Below, piece after piece: positions 26,717 through 40,158 of a stretch of 64,000 nucleotides of DNA; position 1 is the stretch's first letter; every line of letters begins with the position of its first letter. The notes under the pieces are model-generated. The model did no database searches. It was not told the DNA's origin and saw nothing but the letters and a program-made list of their open reading frames with translations. Origin of the DNA: Lingula anatina (taxonomy: Eukaryota; Animalia; Brachiopoda). The position numbers and the translations under genes were made by a program. The stretch is from NCBI GenBank assembly GCA_051362555.1, contig CM120644.1, positions 16,328,534-16,392,533 of the forward strand, written 5' to 3'.

Positions 26717-26777
26717 ATTGGTAAAAATTGTTCTCCTCTACTGTTATTTGTTTTTTCCTCACCGGAAGCCACCTACC
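26588..26777 (-). CDS. First coding exon of isoform A (61 nt 5'UTR + MDGRQGNPLLRELLKPRSASENEPCKAKSADDNTPEKIVNFRQ)
   Basis: Strong acceptor gttcttttttatttag at 26779-26778, ATG 26716, donor CAG|gtatgt at 26587. 43 codons open, contains LLRELL. Confidence 0.75.
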
Positions 26778-26972
26778 CTAAATAAAAAAGAACATATTGG
26801 AGAAAAATGTCAAGCAAAGTAACCTAGGGTTTCAAGATTTGCGCAGATAATTATGTGAACTTATAAAGGAATGTTTGGTGGTTTAGAAAAGGTTTATTTT
26901 TCTTTTGCACGCGACATGAATACGTTAATGTCATATCGACACCTCTTTTTTTATAGGCGCCTCTTGTAATAG

Positions 26973-27886
26973 AGGACTCCGGATATTCTGATTGTGTTGA
27001 CCAGCTTATCGCACCTTGACGTCAAGTGGTGTAGGAGGTTAAGCTGGCTGTTCATTTTAGCAAAGGAGCTGAGACATTAGTGTCAAGAAAAAGTGGTTGT
27101 TATCAGGTTTTGTGGCAAGTTAAATGTTGAAGTGTGAATTAGTAAGCGAGGGAATATCATTTCTGCCAAATACGGATACATGTACAATATCTACAAATAC
27201 GACCGTCTTTACTGATTTCTATACAAATATTCTCAGCTGCATTTTGAATCATAAATTATTGCTTTATATTATTTAGTTTTATATTATGGATGTTTTATTC
27301 CCCCCCCCCCCATTTTTTTTAGATGCGGCAATTTAAGCAACCTTTTGTTTTATAAAGACCATTTACATAAAGATTGAAGAAAGTCTTTCTGGAGAACTAG
27401 AAGTTGGTATCTTATCTATTGGCCAGTAGGGTGTACATGTACACCTGACTTAAAATTGTCAAATTGTCTAAGATTGCCAGACATAGGTCTGGAAATTATT
27501 AACATTAGTTGGGATATTAACTACCCAGTAACTGTCAATTGAGCACACACCTGCCTTAAAATTGTCTTAGATTCTCAATCCGTGGTCTTGAAAATAGGAA
27601 TTCATATCGATTTTATGTTCAGTATTCTAAAATCTGTTTACAATTATAAAAAATTAATCATTTCAAAACTAGGATTGTTATGTTAGGAGCAACTTATTTC
27701 CTGTTTTTTGCAAAGGTCCCTTGCGGACACTGAAACATCGTTGTGAATGCAGCACATAGAATAAAACTTTACGCTATAATTACATATAGGCATACCAGGC
27801 TGTATACATCCAAAGAGTTGCAAATAACAACAATTTATAGCCTTGCAAGAAACTTTTTCCTCGATGTTTTTAAATTTTATTTTATT

Positions 27887-27917
<31 letters not shown>

Positions 27918-28227
27918 TTTTTTTCCGTCGGTCGATGCAGCTAGTTATTTGAAAACATGTTGACTTTAAATAAACGCATCTTTAAACATTAAAGCACCGG
28001 TAGCATGCCTTCATGCCATTTGCCCTGAACTTTTACTGGTACTCTCTGCTCAAAATGCAAAAAAAAAAAATGTTATCTTACCACGCCGTTGGAAAACCCA
28101 CTTCTACTTCGCGCTCTCAGCTCCCGTTCACACCCAGCTAAAAAAATGACCAGCCAGCTTAACGTCCTATAACAGTTGACGTCAAAACTTCGGCACAATC
28201 TGACACTATCAGAATATCCGGAGTCCT
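26973..28227. mobile_element. 1.25-kb non-autonomous DNA transposon with ~90-bp TIRs
   Basis: AGGACTCCGGATATTCTGA..TTGACGTCAA..GTTAAGCTGGCTG mirrored by CAGCCAGCTTAAC..TTGACGTCAA..TCAGAATATCCGGAGTCCT. Confidence 0.85.
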
Positions 28228-28459
28228 TAATTGCGCAACAGATCTACTGGTAAATGATAGTAATCACAGACTGGTAGATCCATATATTATTCTCTCAAAA
28301 CAGGTTTATTCCACAATCCGGCAGAGTGATTTATCAAAAAGAAAAATGCTAGAGCAATGAATTAGAGACACATGTTATATTTTTCATTTTCCAGGTTGAT
28401 CTATCAGTACGCAATTGCAGCACTACCGCAATACAAGAAAAAAAAACTGTCAAACTGCC

Positions 28460-28650
28460 CCGGGTGCATGCTGGGATATGTAGAGCATCGGTCCTTCGCC
28501 AAGCAAATGGTTACGCAAAAGAAAATAATGCGTTAGAAGGTCGAAGAGGAACACGTGGACGGGCCAATTTACACCAAAATACAATGTACCGACGGGCGCC
28601 AATTACGTCATGCTCATACTGACGAAATGAAAGCCAATACATTCAGTCAC
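28460..28650. promoter_or_regulatory. Promoter-like module: ZNF143/Staf-type motif, E-box, three CCAAT boxes, bZIP sites
   Basis: TCTACATATCCCAGCATGCAC on - strand (28464-28484); TTACGCAA 28511; CACGTG 28552; CCAAT at 28564, 28599, 28634; TTACGTCA 28603. Lies ~1.7 kb upstream of the isoform A start exon. Confidence 0.65.
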
Positions 28651-28967
28651 CCAGATGTCTGCTGACCTAAGGGAATTAGCCTCGATTCTCGTGCATCGTT
28701 TCATAAGTTGTGCAGAACTCTGAGGTTATAGCGACATGTAGGTCAGTTCACAAATTAAGAAGGTGAACTTGAAGAGACAGATCGTTTCAGGTTGATGTCT
28801 GAAATCGTCATGTCGAACGTGCTAATATTTAAGGCGTGTCTCGTGCTTTTTAAGTACTGGTGTACTAACATATACAGTATATACTCTCTGATAAAAATCA
28901 TCAGAAATCGGAAACTGGTACATGCCCTTAAGCTCGATTAATATTCCCTATACACAAGCTTAAGATA

Positions 28968-29196
28968 CACACACTGGACGATAGAAGTGTCACCCCTACT
29001 GAACCAATACTTTGGTGGAGATAAATGACTGTGGAATGATATGCTCCTGGTATCATTTTATTAACATCAAATTTCACAAAATGACCAACAATACAATTCC
29101 ATGGTACAGCGGTTTTATACTCATTATAAATAGACCAGGCATTATAACTCTGATTACTCTGATTCAGGGGGTGACACTTCTATTGTCCAGTGTGTG
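28968..29196. mobile_element. TA-flanked Tc1/mariner-type MITE
   Basis: TA|CACACACTGGACGATAGAAGTGTCACCCC ... GGGGTGACACTTCTATTGTCCAGTGTGTG|TA. Confidence 0.9.
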
Positions 29197-30059
29197 TAGC
29201 TTAAATAAGGATTTGGCAATAGAAAAAATCGATTTAAAGACGATATTTTGTTATCAAAAACTGGTTGAAATCCCTAAAATTGTGTGTGTGTGTTCATGTA
29301 GCTCCTAAATACCGTATACGACCCTTATAATCAAAATGTTTTACAAGAGCACACGTACGCATTAGTGAAAGTACTTCAAATCTTTTTCAGGAAAAAACTA
29401 AAGGCTTACGCTCAGATTGTTGACCTTCAACACCAATGCTGTCACCGAAGTATAGGAAAGTCTCCCTCTGGATTGGATGCAAAGTTCACTCAAAACTAAG
29501 CCGGCACTACAATTGGCTGGTATATGCAGATCACAGAGTTTGTTGAAACCACTTGTCGGCACGAGTATAGTGCTGGTGCACGTAAACTTTTAGAATGGCA
29601 AGAAGTAATTTATGTTGTAATAAAAACGGGAAAATAGTGCCGTGTATTTTTTGAATGCGCTAGTTGTGCATTGTGCGTACACGTGACGAGTTCCCAGTCT
29701 TCTATGTATTATGGAGACTTATTTTTTGCTTTGTTCGAACCTGAAACTGTATAATTGACAACAGCACGGGAAACTCACCAAATGAGCCAGTTGCAATATT
29801 AGGTTTATTGAATGTTTACATTGATCTCATGCTATAGTTGTTGACAAAATTATTAAATGGATTGTTTTCATTGCGTGCTTATATGGCCTGTAATTATGTG
29901 TTCAATATGATTTTGCCTCTGTAAAATAATTTTATTAATAACAAAAAAAAAAATAATAATAAATATATAAAAATAGACTTGAAATAAATGTAAAAATGAA
30001 AATTAACATTTGTAAAACCCGGCTGAAAAAAGACATGAATTCTACGAACTACCAATGCC

Positions 30060-31090
30060 TGAAACCATGGCAATCTCACATTGCACGAGAGGTGATCGAT
30101 GAGCGAGCTTAACAGAAAAAAAGAAAACGTTATCGGAATAAGTTGCAAGTAAGTTGCCTAATTATAAGGAAAAAGTCAAAGGTTAGTATTCGGTTTTGAG
30201 AACGGTCATATACATTGCATGTTACATGCATTATGTGAGATAAACACCTCACTTCTCTCAGACTGAATGTATTAAACGTTAAGTATATATATTAAACACC
30301 TTTTCAACAAGTTGAGACCCGTTATAATTTTATATTGTCATATATAAGTTAAGCCACATCCACTGAATATATTTTTAACATAATCACTCCATGGTGTGTA
30401 ATGAGATATAACTGCATTTACTGTTCAGCTTGTTTTGTGGATCCATCAAAAGCTAAGCCCAATATGAAGACATTTTAACCTAAAAATATGAAGAAGGAAA
30501 GCTTTCCAATCTCTCCGTAAATCACATAACTGGCAGAACTTTAAAATGTGCATGCAGGTGTAACTTTTTAAAATTTTTGTTACATTATTATACCCCATAC
30601 TTCTGGTTCATATAAAACAATGGGCTTTATCAAATTTATCTGATGTACAATCTTTGCTAAATTTAATTTCCCTAAATTTGGAAATGGCTCCAAAAGCAGC
30701 CTTCAAATCTTTTACATAAATTTGTTCAGTATTTAAGTTTCTTAATCCATTTCTTGAAAAATGTATTCCCAAAAAAATATATTTTTAACAATATCTAATT
30801 CTTCTCCATCATATGATAAACGAACTTCTTTTGGCTGCCTTCATTTTCCAAATATCAGTACCTTTGTTTTGTCATCATTACATTTTAAGTGCCATAGGTT
30901 ACAATAGCAACAAAACAATGTAAGCTGCCTTTGGAGTACAGTTGGTGATTCCGATAACAGTATAGTATCATCAGCATATTCAAAAATTGAAGTAGGGTTT
31001 TTCAAGCCCTTAGCTTTGTGATATTCGAAAAGTTCTTCTTAGTCATTTGGAAACATTGAGAACAGAAATTGCAAAAGGTTTTCACATCGA
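30060..31090 (-). mobile_element. Decayed non-LTR retrotransposon reverse transcriptase
   Basis: Translates to EYADDTILLSESPTVLQRQL..YCNLWHLKCNDDKTKVLIFG (YADD at 30978-30967) and PIVLYEPEVWG; stops and frameshifts. Boundaries approximate. Confidence 0.85.
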
Positions 31091-33624
31091 ACCGCTGAAT
31101 GGTCAGCAATGGTGACCTAGTTTAAAGGGGGAAAAGGGAAATTTGGCTTTAATTACGTGCTTATCATTTTTTGTTTATTTCACACAAAATAATTTGTAAA
31201 TAATGTTTCACCCAATTCAAAACAACTGTTTTCACAATTAATTAAAACACCCAAAGTTTGGCAGTTTCTCACTCAATGCATCCTTAATGCATTTACCACT
31301 TCACAAAGCATTTTTTTCTAATTTTGTCTTTACAAGCTACTTGTATTGTTCTTATACCAATGCCATACAGAAACCAGGCCTCGAAAAATCCCAAACAATT
31401 TTTCTTTGAAAAAAGGTAAACTGTTTATAAAGAGACTAAACGTGTATTCATACCTACATGTATGAGGCATATGGCGGTTCGACTCCTCTTCAAATGACCT
31501 TGATCACGTGCCAGACTTGTTGGTGAGACCTCTGGAATAAGTAACATTTAAATTTTATCACTAATCAGAGTTAGATAAGTAAGAAGCAATAAAATTACTT
31601 CACGGTATATGTCTCCTTGTTTGAATATTTATTTACATAGTATGAATAATTTATTCTGCATTCACTGAAATACATGTAGGTTTGTTCCACGTGTAGATCG
31701 AGCTGCCCATGTGACCCAAAGCCTCTTTGGAACAAAATACACTCTTGCGAATAATGATGTAATATTTTAAAAATCTACATATATGTTCGCTTCTTTAAAA
31801 TTCACTGTGGCAATTTTCGCAAAACCATTGATATACCTGGCTAAGGCAATCACTGAAAAACAATTTGAAATTTATGGATGCAGAACCAATTTATTAGACA
31901 ATGCTCAATTGGCAATGAGAGTTGAATGCCCTGCGCGACAAGTCTAAGAAGATTGGAAAGTCACATGCACTTTTAGACCTCTGACGCAGGCGTATGAAGT
32001 GGCAAGTCAAATTTTGCACAACAGGTCTGGAGAGTTCATGACTATGCCTCGTCCCATATGCCAAAGAAAAGGTGCCAAAATGGATATATATCCACAAATA
32101 CACTGTAACTCGGATGTGGGATTATAATAAAACACTAATTAACTGATTGTAAGTGACATTTTGACTTCATGAAATCGTAGCTGCAGTACTCTTTTGGGAT
32201 ATTCCATCATTTTAATAAGAGGGTAAAAAAAAAAAAACGTTGCGTTTGCAAAATGCGCATGCGTTCGCAGTTGTACAGTTGTACAGTTAATTTCTGGCGT
32301 TACTGTACAATTGCTTGCTCCACTAGTACGGTCGCACCACTTATTGCCATCAAAGCAAAAACTGAATACCCATACAACCACGACACATTTAACTGTTTGA
32401 AATCGTACGTTTTCAGCAGCCAACTTCATTTCAGTTAAAAGTTTTCAAAGGTTAAAAGAGGTTGTTTTTAATTTCAAATTCTTTGAAATTTTAATTTCTG
32501 TTAGATGACCAGATAAAGCTGACAAGTTCGCCAGTGAGCGCAACCGACCAGCATATATATTGAGGAAATCGGGTATTTTTTTACATTTTTATTATTATTC
32601 AAATGTTCAAAAATGTCTATTGGATATAGATTAAGTGAGAAGGAAAATTGACAATTGACCCCAAATAACGCATTCAACTTAATGTTGTTTTTATTTAAAA
32701 AAAACCACTCCCATTGTGAATTTTCCAAAAATAAATTGATAAATTCATTAATTAATCAATACAATTAAAGTAATAAAAATTACCAAGAATAAGCTGCTAT
32801 ACCCGTTAACATCATACGTGAAAAGACAATAAAACAGTAATAAACTTCTTTTACCTATTTGCTGTATGACGCCGCTCTTTAACCAACTTATTTCTTTTGT
32901 CTGCCCTAAAGAAAACAATTTCTAAGTTTCTTTAGCCATATCAAGACTTTTTTTGCAATTCCCTTACCCGTCGTGCGCTTTCCGAAACACCGCAATATCC
33001 CCCTTGCTTCCTCGTGAAGGTTTCAAATTTTCTAAAAATACCTCGGTTTTGAAGCCTGGAGACGGAGCAGTATTATTTGCAGTTTTTAATCAGCAAAAAA
33101 TCTTTATATATATAGCCCCAACCTTCGTCTGAGATTAGACTAATTTTAACGCATTATAATACTCAGTCAATATTGGACCTTACGTTGCCTCTGTGATTAA
33201 ACATTACGTGAATATATGTGTTTGGTTGCAGGTGGCTTATTCAAATTTGATATATTCGTAGAAGAGGTGGTAGCCTTTGTGTAAAATAGATTCTTATGAA
33301 GTGTTGGTCTTTTACTTCCACTCACAAGCCTCTCACCATCTACTGTACACGAGTGACATACGTGCAAAAATAGCCTGGTTGCATGACTACATGTATGATG
33401 GGTCTCCAAGAACCACCACTCTTACTATTTTATGGGCCACTGTAGACGCCTCCCTCTCTCTCCCCCCTCTGATTTTTATTCACCATGTAGCTTAGGTCTT
33501 AAGTATTTATTTTTTGCTTGTTTGCCATTAAACTGGTGGTGAGTGTGAGTATCAGAGCCGTTGTCATGGTTTGCCATGGTTACGTCTGGGATTAAAAATT
33601 GAAATTTCTGATACCCCCCCCCCC

Positions 33625-33734
<110 letters not shown>

Positions 33735-34040
33735 CAAATGCATTAAACAAATGGAATTCAAAATCTTTTTTTCAGCTCATGACCCATCGTCGTTCTTTCA
33801 AGATAACTAAATGGATCTGGTTGAGGATTTTTTTTGCTATTCAATACCTGAAAATGTATTTTTAAATCTCCATTCAACTAACGTAGGTCTGCACTGTTGA
33901 CTCATTAAATACTTCTTTTGACAAACATGACAAGGTGTCACAAGTTTAACGGGGATCTCAGTTTGCTAAGAGATTAAATGGCAAAGGAGGCGGTTTCATC
34001 AGTAAAATTTTCAAATTCAGTCATCAATGCACATTCCTTA

Positions 34041-34142
34041 CTGCAGATTATAATGTTGTCTTCAGGTCATTGACCTGCAGATTATAATGGTGTCTTCAGG
34101 TCATTGACCTGCAGATTACAACGTTGTCTTCAGGTCATTAAC
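34041..34142. repeat. 34-bp minisatellite, 3 copies
   Basis: ctgcagattataatgttgtcttcaggtcattgac repeated. Confidence 0.9.
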
Positions 34143-34415
34143 CTTCATCAAGGCGGGTGTCTGGAGAACACTTTTAATTACAAAGATCCATAAAATTCAA
34201 CACTTTTTTAAAACCCAAAGGCTTGTATCCTCTGGGAATTGTCAAATTTTCAGTAATTTTATAATTTTACCAATTATAACTGTCAATCAAATTCTAATTC
34301 TTATGACAGTATATTTTAAAATGTATTTCCGAAAATATTTCATGTCTAATATGTTTGTAGAATAACCATCCAACTTATCGTTGCCAATAAATATTTAATA
34401 TTATTGTTATTATAA

Positions 34416-34454
<39 letters not shown>

Positions 34455-35259
34455 AGTCTGATCGCCACAGGCATGTGGATAATAGAAACAAGGCAGCAAA
34501 GCTGTTAAATGTACAGACAACATGAAAGAAAAATAATTCAATCAAGCTGGTTTACCAATTTGAGCTGTATGTCAATCACTCTTGTAAATTACCAAATAAT
34601 AAGTGACACAGCTTACCTATTAGAATATCTGTATTGTCAGTACTCACAATGTTTTTTTTTCGCTGCAATGTTACAAAATGCTTAACAGCTTAGAATCACT
34701 CTTCAATTTTAAATTATGCACTGCAGGTAACATAGATATCTTGAACATGTGACTAGCAAAGGTCCTCAGGTCCATGTAAATTCAAAATCACACCTTAAAA
34801 ATGTCAATATGAACACAATCACTGTAATGTGTTATTTTCATTTTCAACACTTTTTACATAATACACAATGACCAATTTACTTTCGTTCTTAAACGATCAC
34901 ATAAAAAGATGATTCAGATGGGAAAACAACAATAGAACAATTTTTAATGTCCAATTTGCTTCATTCTGAGATTCTGAACATAGTGAAGGATTGAATCTGA
35001 CAAAATGCAATCGTTGAGTTTATTTCCATTTTTACACTTTGTTACGCAATACATGATAATACATTTCTGTATAAGAAAATTACAAAATTGTTGAAATGCA
35101 GAAAATGCCAAAACACTAAGACTGTTAACATGTCTAAGAACTGAATCTGGGGAAAACCCATTTTATACAAAAAAAGCATAACTTCAACAAATAATAATAA
35201 TAATAATAATAATAATAATCTAATGAAGCTAATTTTTTTATTCGATCTATGTATCAAAC

Positions 35260-35809
35260 CTTTGAGTCAGTCCTGCAAGTTTCAAAGCAAAATTTGACAT
35301 GGTTTTCATTTTATTTGCATAACAGTGGATAAAATATGCTAAAAAACCAAAAAAAAAAAAAAAAAATGGTTACGATCAGGTTGATTTCCGAATTTGACCT
35401 CTACATGTATTTCGTAAATATTCATCAGTTCTGTATATTGAAGACAAAAGAAAAAACAGTTTTCATTTAAAGGTGGATAAAATATGCTGAAAAAAATAGC
35501 ATCACTTTTGGAAAAATGGTCCAATCAGGCTGGTTTTCGAACCTGACCTGTGTTTTATTAATATTCATCAGTTCTGTCAGTTTGAAGAAAAAAGGTCAAA
35601 AGAACAACAGCATAATTTGCAGAAAATGGTACAATTATGCTGGTTTACGAACTTGGACTGTAAATCATAAATATACATCAACGCTGTAAATTTGAAGACA
35701 AAGGGTAAAACGGTTTTCATTTTATTTGTTTAAAGGTGGATAAAATGTGCTGAAAAAAGCCAAAACAAAAACAACAACAACAAAATAAATAAATAAATAA
35801 ATAAACAAA

Positions 35810-35852
<43 letters not shown>

Positions 35853-36100
35853 GCAACAGCATCACTTTTGGAAAAAAGGTCCGATCAGGCTTATTTTCGA
35901 ACTTGACCTGTATTTTATGAATATTCATCAGTTCTGTCACTTTGTAGACAAAGGTAACACCGTTTTCATTTTTTTTTTTTTGGTATAGCACTGAATGTGC
36001 ACGGCGACGATGACCACGCCGACGACAGACACAGGCGACCGCAATCTGTACAGACACATCTGTGTCACTCTCAAACACATCTGTGTCTGTACATAAAAAA
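35260..36100 (+). mobile_element. Helentron/HINE-like element: ~4 diverged ~180-bp internal repeats, (TAAA)n, 3' hairpin
   Basis: Repeated ..ggtggataaaat..aaaaatggtcc.atcaggct..cgaac.tgacct..atattcatcagttctgt; stem tgtacagacacatctgtgt/acacatctgtgtctgtaca (36047-36093) followed by an A run. 5' boundary uncertain. Confidence 0.65.
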
Positions 36101-36463
36101 GGCTACTAGTCATAACACTGTACTTCTATAGTCTCGTGGCGTCCCTGATGCCGTCATTTTGGTCTTCAGTGGAAATAACTCTAAGAATAGCTGCAGTTTG
36201 AAAGAAAATTGTTGTAGCTTTGAGTTAACACATAACACAACTGATGTAAATACATGTATTTACCAGAATTAAACATCCAGAACATGACACACAATCGACC
36301 TTGACGACCTTGACCACGTGCGGGTTATAACCTAAATCTAGGTCATTTTTTCGTGCTTGGCGTGGTAACAAATGAAGAATACTTCAACAAGAGGTCAAAA
36401 ATACGCAGCATTTCACTATGATATAATCATATATGTAAATTATATATATAACAAAAGACTAAG

Positions 36464-36661
36464 CGTTTAAGCCAGACAGACGTCACGTGGTAATAAGGAT
36501 GAAAAGAAGGACAACTTCACGAAGTCGAACAGTCAGCCAATGTCGATCACATTACAATAGCCTGGATTCAGATCAGGTCATATTGGCGGAATGTGATCGC
36601 GATCGGCTGTTCTACTTCCCTATGTTTGTTATTACCACGTGGTGTCTGTTTGGCTGAAACG
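36464..36661. mobile_element. Foldback MITE whose TIRs each contain CACGTG
   Basis: cgtttaagccagacagacgtcacgtggtaataa / ttattaccacgtggtgtctgtttggctgaaacg, plus inner gatcacatt/aatgtgatc. Confidence 0.8.
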
Positions 36662-37742
36662 ACCTGAGTGGATCTATAGCAAAAGACTAAGGTCGTGTGT
36701 ACTTTACTGCATTAATTTGTAACGTCGCGACATTACGGTCCACTGGTTATATGAAGGCTTATATATATAGTCTGAAACAATATACTAGGGTATTTATTAT
36801 ATTACTATACTTGTATAAGGCCTCGTGATAAGGCATTTCCCAAATTATCGCGCTATGCGGGTACCCTCAATGAGCGCAATTAGATAAAGAGATGGACACG
36901 CGCTTCCTCTGGTGTCCAACGTACTCATATAATCACCAGTCTTTCTGTATTCTACTCAACGTCAGGAGGAACCTTGTAAATATGCTAACCTGACTTTCAG
37001 CGAGAGTCCCCGCTGAGTTGGATTGACACTTTTATTGGAAACGAGCCTTTATGAAACCGGTGGCGTCGATGACCTCAGTTGACAAAATGATAAATGATAC
37101 AGATTAAGATTTAAAATGAGTTGAAATCTACGACCTGTTGTCCCGCTTGACTGTACAGGCTCTGGCGGCAACAGAAAACGTATCCTCTACCAGGGACACA
37201 TATTTATTTTCTCACTAGATATTCATGGGTATGTCTCCGACTAATTCATGAAACAATTCTCTGCTGTGTAGAACACAACAGATAATTAAGTTGTAAATAT
37301 GCCTAAGAGAGACACATGTATATATGAATATGTAGTGAAAAATCAATCTGTGGCACTGGCAGGACTAAAATTAAACGGCGCTTTTTGTATTTTACAAGTG
37401 TCACAAGATGCACTTTTATCCAAAAAGCTAGACATCACCTTTTCTCAAACCCCATTCGATGTATTTTAAGAAAAACAAGCTTTTCTAAGTAGTGAAACTA
37501 CACACACGTTCCCCGATAACGGAGTCTTGGTTAACATCTGAAATACCACATTGGTAAGAAATAGAACATGTAGCTGCTGTTTGAAGAAGTTATTAATGGA
37601 CGTTTGACTACATTTCACAGGCAATGAAATTATTTGCAAGGAGCAAACATCTAGAACAAATCAGACAGTCTACCCTGACCCTCTTGATCACGTTCGGGTC
37701 TCAAATCAGACTATGCTTATAAAAGAGGAACAACGCCTTGAA

Positions 37743-37987
37743 CGGGGGGGGGGGGGGGGGGGGGGGGGGTTAAGGGGGTCACATCAATGGTCCCCTTTTG
37801 AAATTAGAAATTTGACTAGCTGAACTGTAGTTCTAAACTGTACCAAATGGCACCGTTCGCCCTCTAAAATACCCTTCACCGGGCCTCGAACCCCACGCCA
37901 AGGGGGGGGGGGGGGGGGGGGGGTCAGGGGTCGGCTTCGCATCCGCGGAACCCTCCCCCTTTTCAAATAATCCTGGATCCGCCCCTG
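37743..37987 (+). mobile_element. MITE family M2, TSD TTGAA
   Basis: Right end CTGGATCCGCCCCTG; internal similarity to 47757-48035; absent from the paralogous block at ~43885. Confidence 0.8.
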
Positions 37988-38670
37988 TTGAACCACCTAG
38001 ACAGTCAACCTGGGTTAAGTTAAGTTAATGACAAATAAGACCCCTGTCTATAGTAAGTGTATGTAGTAACTAAACAAGCTAATCAAATAAAGAATACTTC
38101 AACCAGCGGATTAAAACGTCTTACTGTCATAGCTGTGGGTTTACTGCACTGTGTGCTGAACGTGACTTGGAAGCTGTACAAAGTTGTAGTCCCGATAACT
38201 TTTTGTTCGCCAAGATTTTCTTTATATAATCGCTTACACCTAAAGCAACACACTAAAAAGATTTTGATACCTGAAAGATTTTTTCATACACCAACTCACA
38301 GTCCAGATTCGGAACATTAAGTAAACCACTGAAAGCGAATCATTTGCTGCCTTTTGGCGAGTAATTTGCCTTAACTGCATGGGTCACAAACTTTGATTGG
38401 GGTCGGGTTAAGTCATCGTTGTGGGGAGAAACTGTTTATTCATCATAAGGTCAATATTGACTATTTTAATATAATGGTTATAAGGCACCTGCATCGGTTA
38501 AATAATTTCACTAGTTGCTATGTATTTTTGTCTAAAAAATCATAGATAAATATTTAAAATAGATAAGCAGATTAACATTTTTCTGTGAGTAAATAGTTAT
38601 TTTATTACTAAGTTCTTATCACAACTGGTAAGTGATCGTTTGTTAGTATTTCTAAATAATGATAATAATA

Positions 38671-39089
38671 ACTATAAAAGCACTCAGAGAACGCAACTAC
38701 GGCAAAGATATTTAATCAAATAATTATTTGGATCATCACTAAAATCTCATCATTTCTTCCTTTGACCTATCCTGAAATTTTCAGGAAATTGGCTCATTTG
38801 TGACCTTTAGTGAAAATGTATTAATTAAATAACTAATCAAGGGATCTTCACCAAAATCTTATCATTTTTACCTTGAGCCATTAGTGACCCATCCTGCAAA
38901 TTTCATCAAAATCGACACTTTATTATTTAATTAATTGACTAGTTACGCGTCGACACCTAATCCAATAATTAATTAATGGATCATCACCTTAATCTCATCA
39001 TTTCTTTCTTGTGCAATTTGTGACCTTTCCTGAAAATTTCCCTTAAGTGTACCCATTGCTTTTTGCAAAATGATGTGCACAGACAAAAA

Positions 39090-39160
<71 letters not shown>

Positions 39161-39201
39161 AGAGATAACAACAAGCAAAACAACCTCTTTGTCGGAGGTA
39201 G
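38671..39201 (+). mobile_element. HINE-like element with internal repeats, (TAAA)n and 3' palindrome; related 5' end inverted at ~15066-15125
   Basis: 5' aagcactcagagaacgca; 3' acctctttgtcggaggt hairpin; absent from the paralogous 43.5-47.5 kb block. Confidence 0.65.
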
Positions 39202-40035
39202 CAATCAAACGCATCATTGGACACAGCAATGGTACTTTAAAGTATTTTTTAAAGTATAAACCATGTCGAGTTTTCTATTGTTAAATAATATTATGAGTGT
39301 CACATATCCAACTAAAAGCATCTGATGCTTTTTTTAAGTAGAGAAGTGTGATGATCGCCATAGTTTGAGTGCTTTTTGGTTTTTGTCGGTGACCAATGAA
39401 CCATTCAATAAGACCAAGCATGAATTGTAATGTCGAGGATTTAGGAAACGAGGCTATGAAAATAAATTTAAAATCTCTCCTCCCGAGTCTATACCACCCC
39501 AATTGTGCTAGGTGCGACATCTAATTTTGTGTGTACATCAAATGCAACCATGTGTCCCCCACCCCATTGCCTCACTCGTAACAACTTCGGTTTTCGCCAA
39601 CGTACACTCTGATATTCAAGGATCACTGGACATACACGTAGAAGCCACACCTGGCCAGAAATTGGTTGCATTTATCTCAAGGTGGGGTGAGGGATCTTTT
39701 TCCTTAAAGCAAATATACACAGCAACATAAAGTAGAAGTCACAATACTACGGCGCGGACGTTGATTTTGACATCTGATGCCCTACCTCAAGTGTATTATT
39801 TTTCCCTTGCCCCTTTCCCCGTTGTTATTAATTGATTAATTTTTTAATGCCTACCCTCTCCCCAACATAAATTTTGCTTCCTACACAACTGATTTCAACC
39901 CCTTTTCTGACCCCATTACAATGTCAGTGTTATCATTTAGGCCCTATTATTTTCAGTATGTTGGAAACGGAGGGCCGAAGTTATGCTTATCATTGATAAT
40001 TTTACAACACCACCAACAACACCAACAACAACAAC

Positions 40036-40095
<60 letters not shown>

Positions 40096-40123
40096 TTATT
40101 ATTATTATTACTACTACTATTAC

Positions 40124-40158
<35 letters not shown>

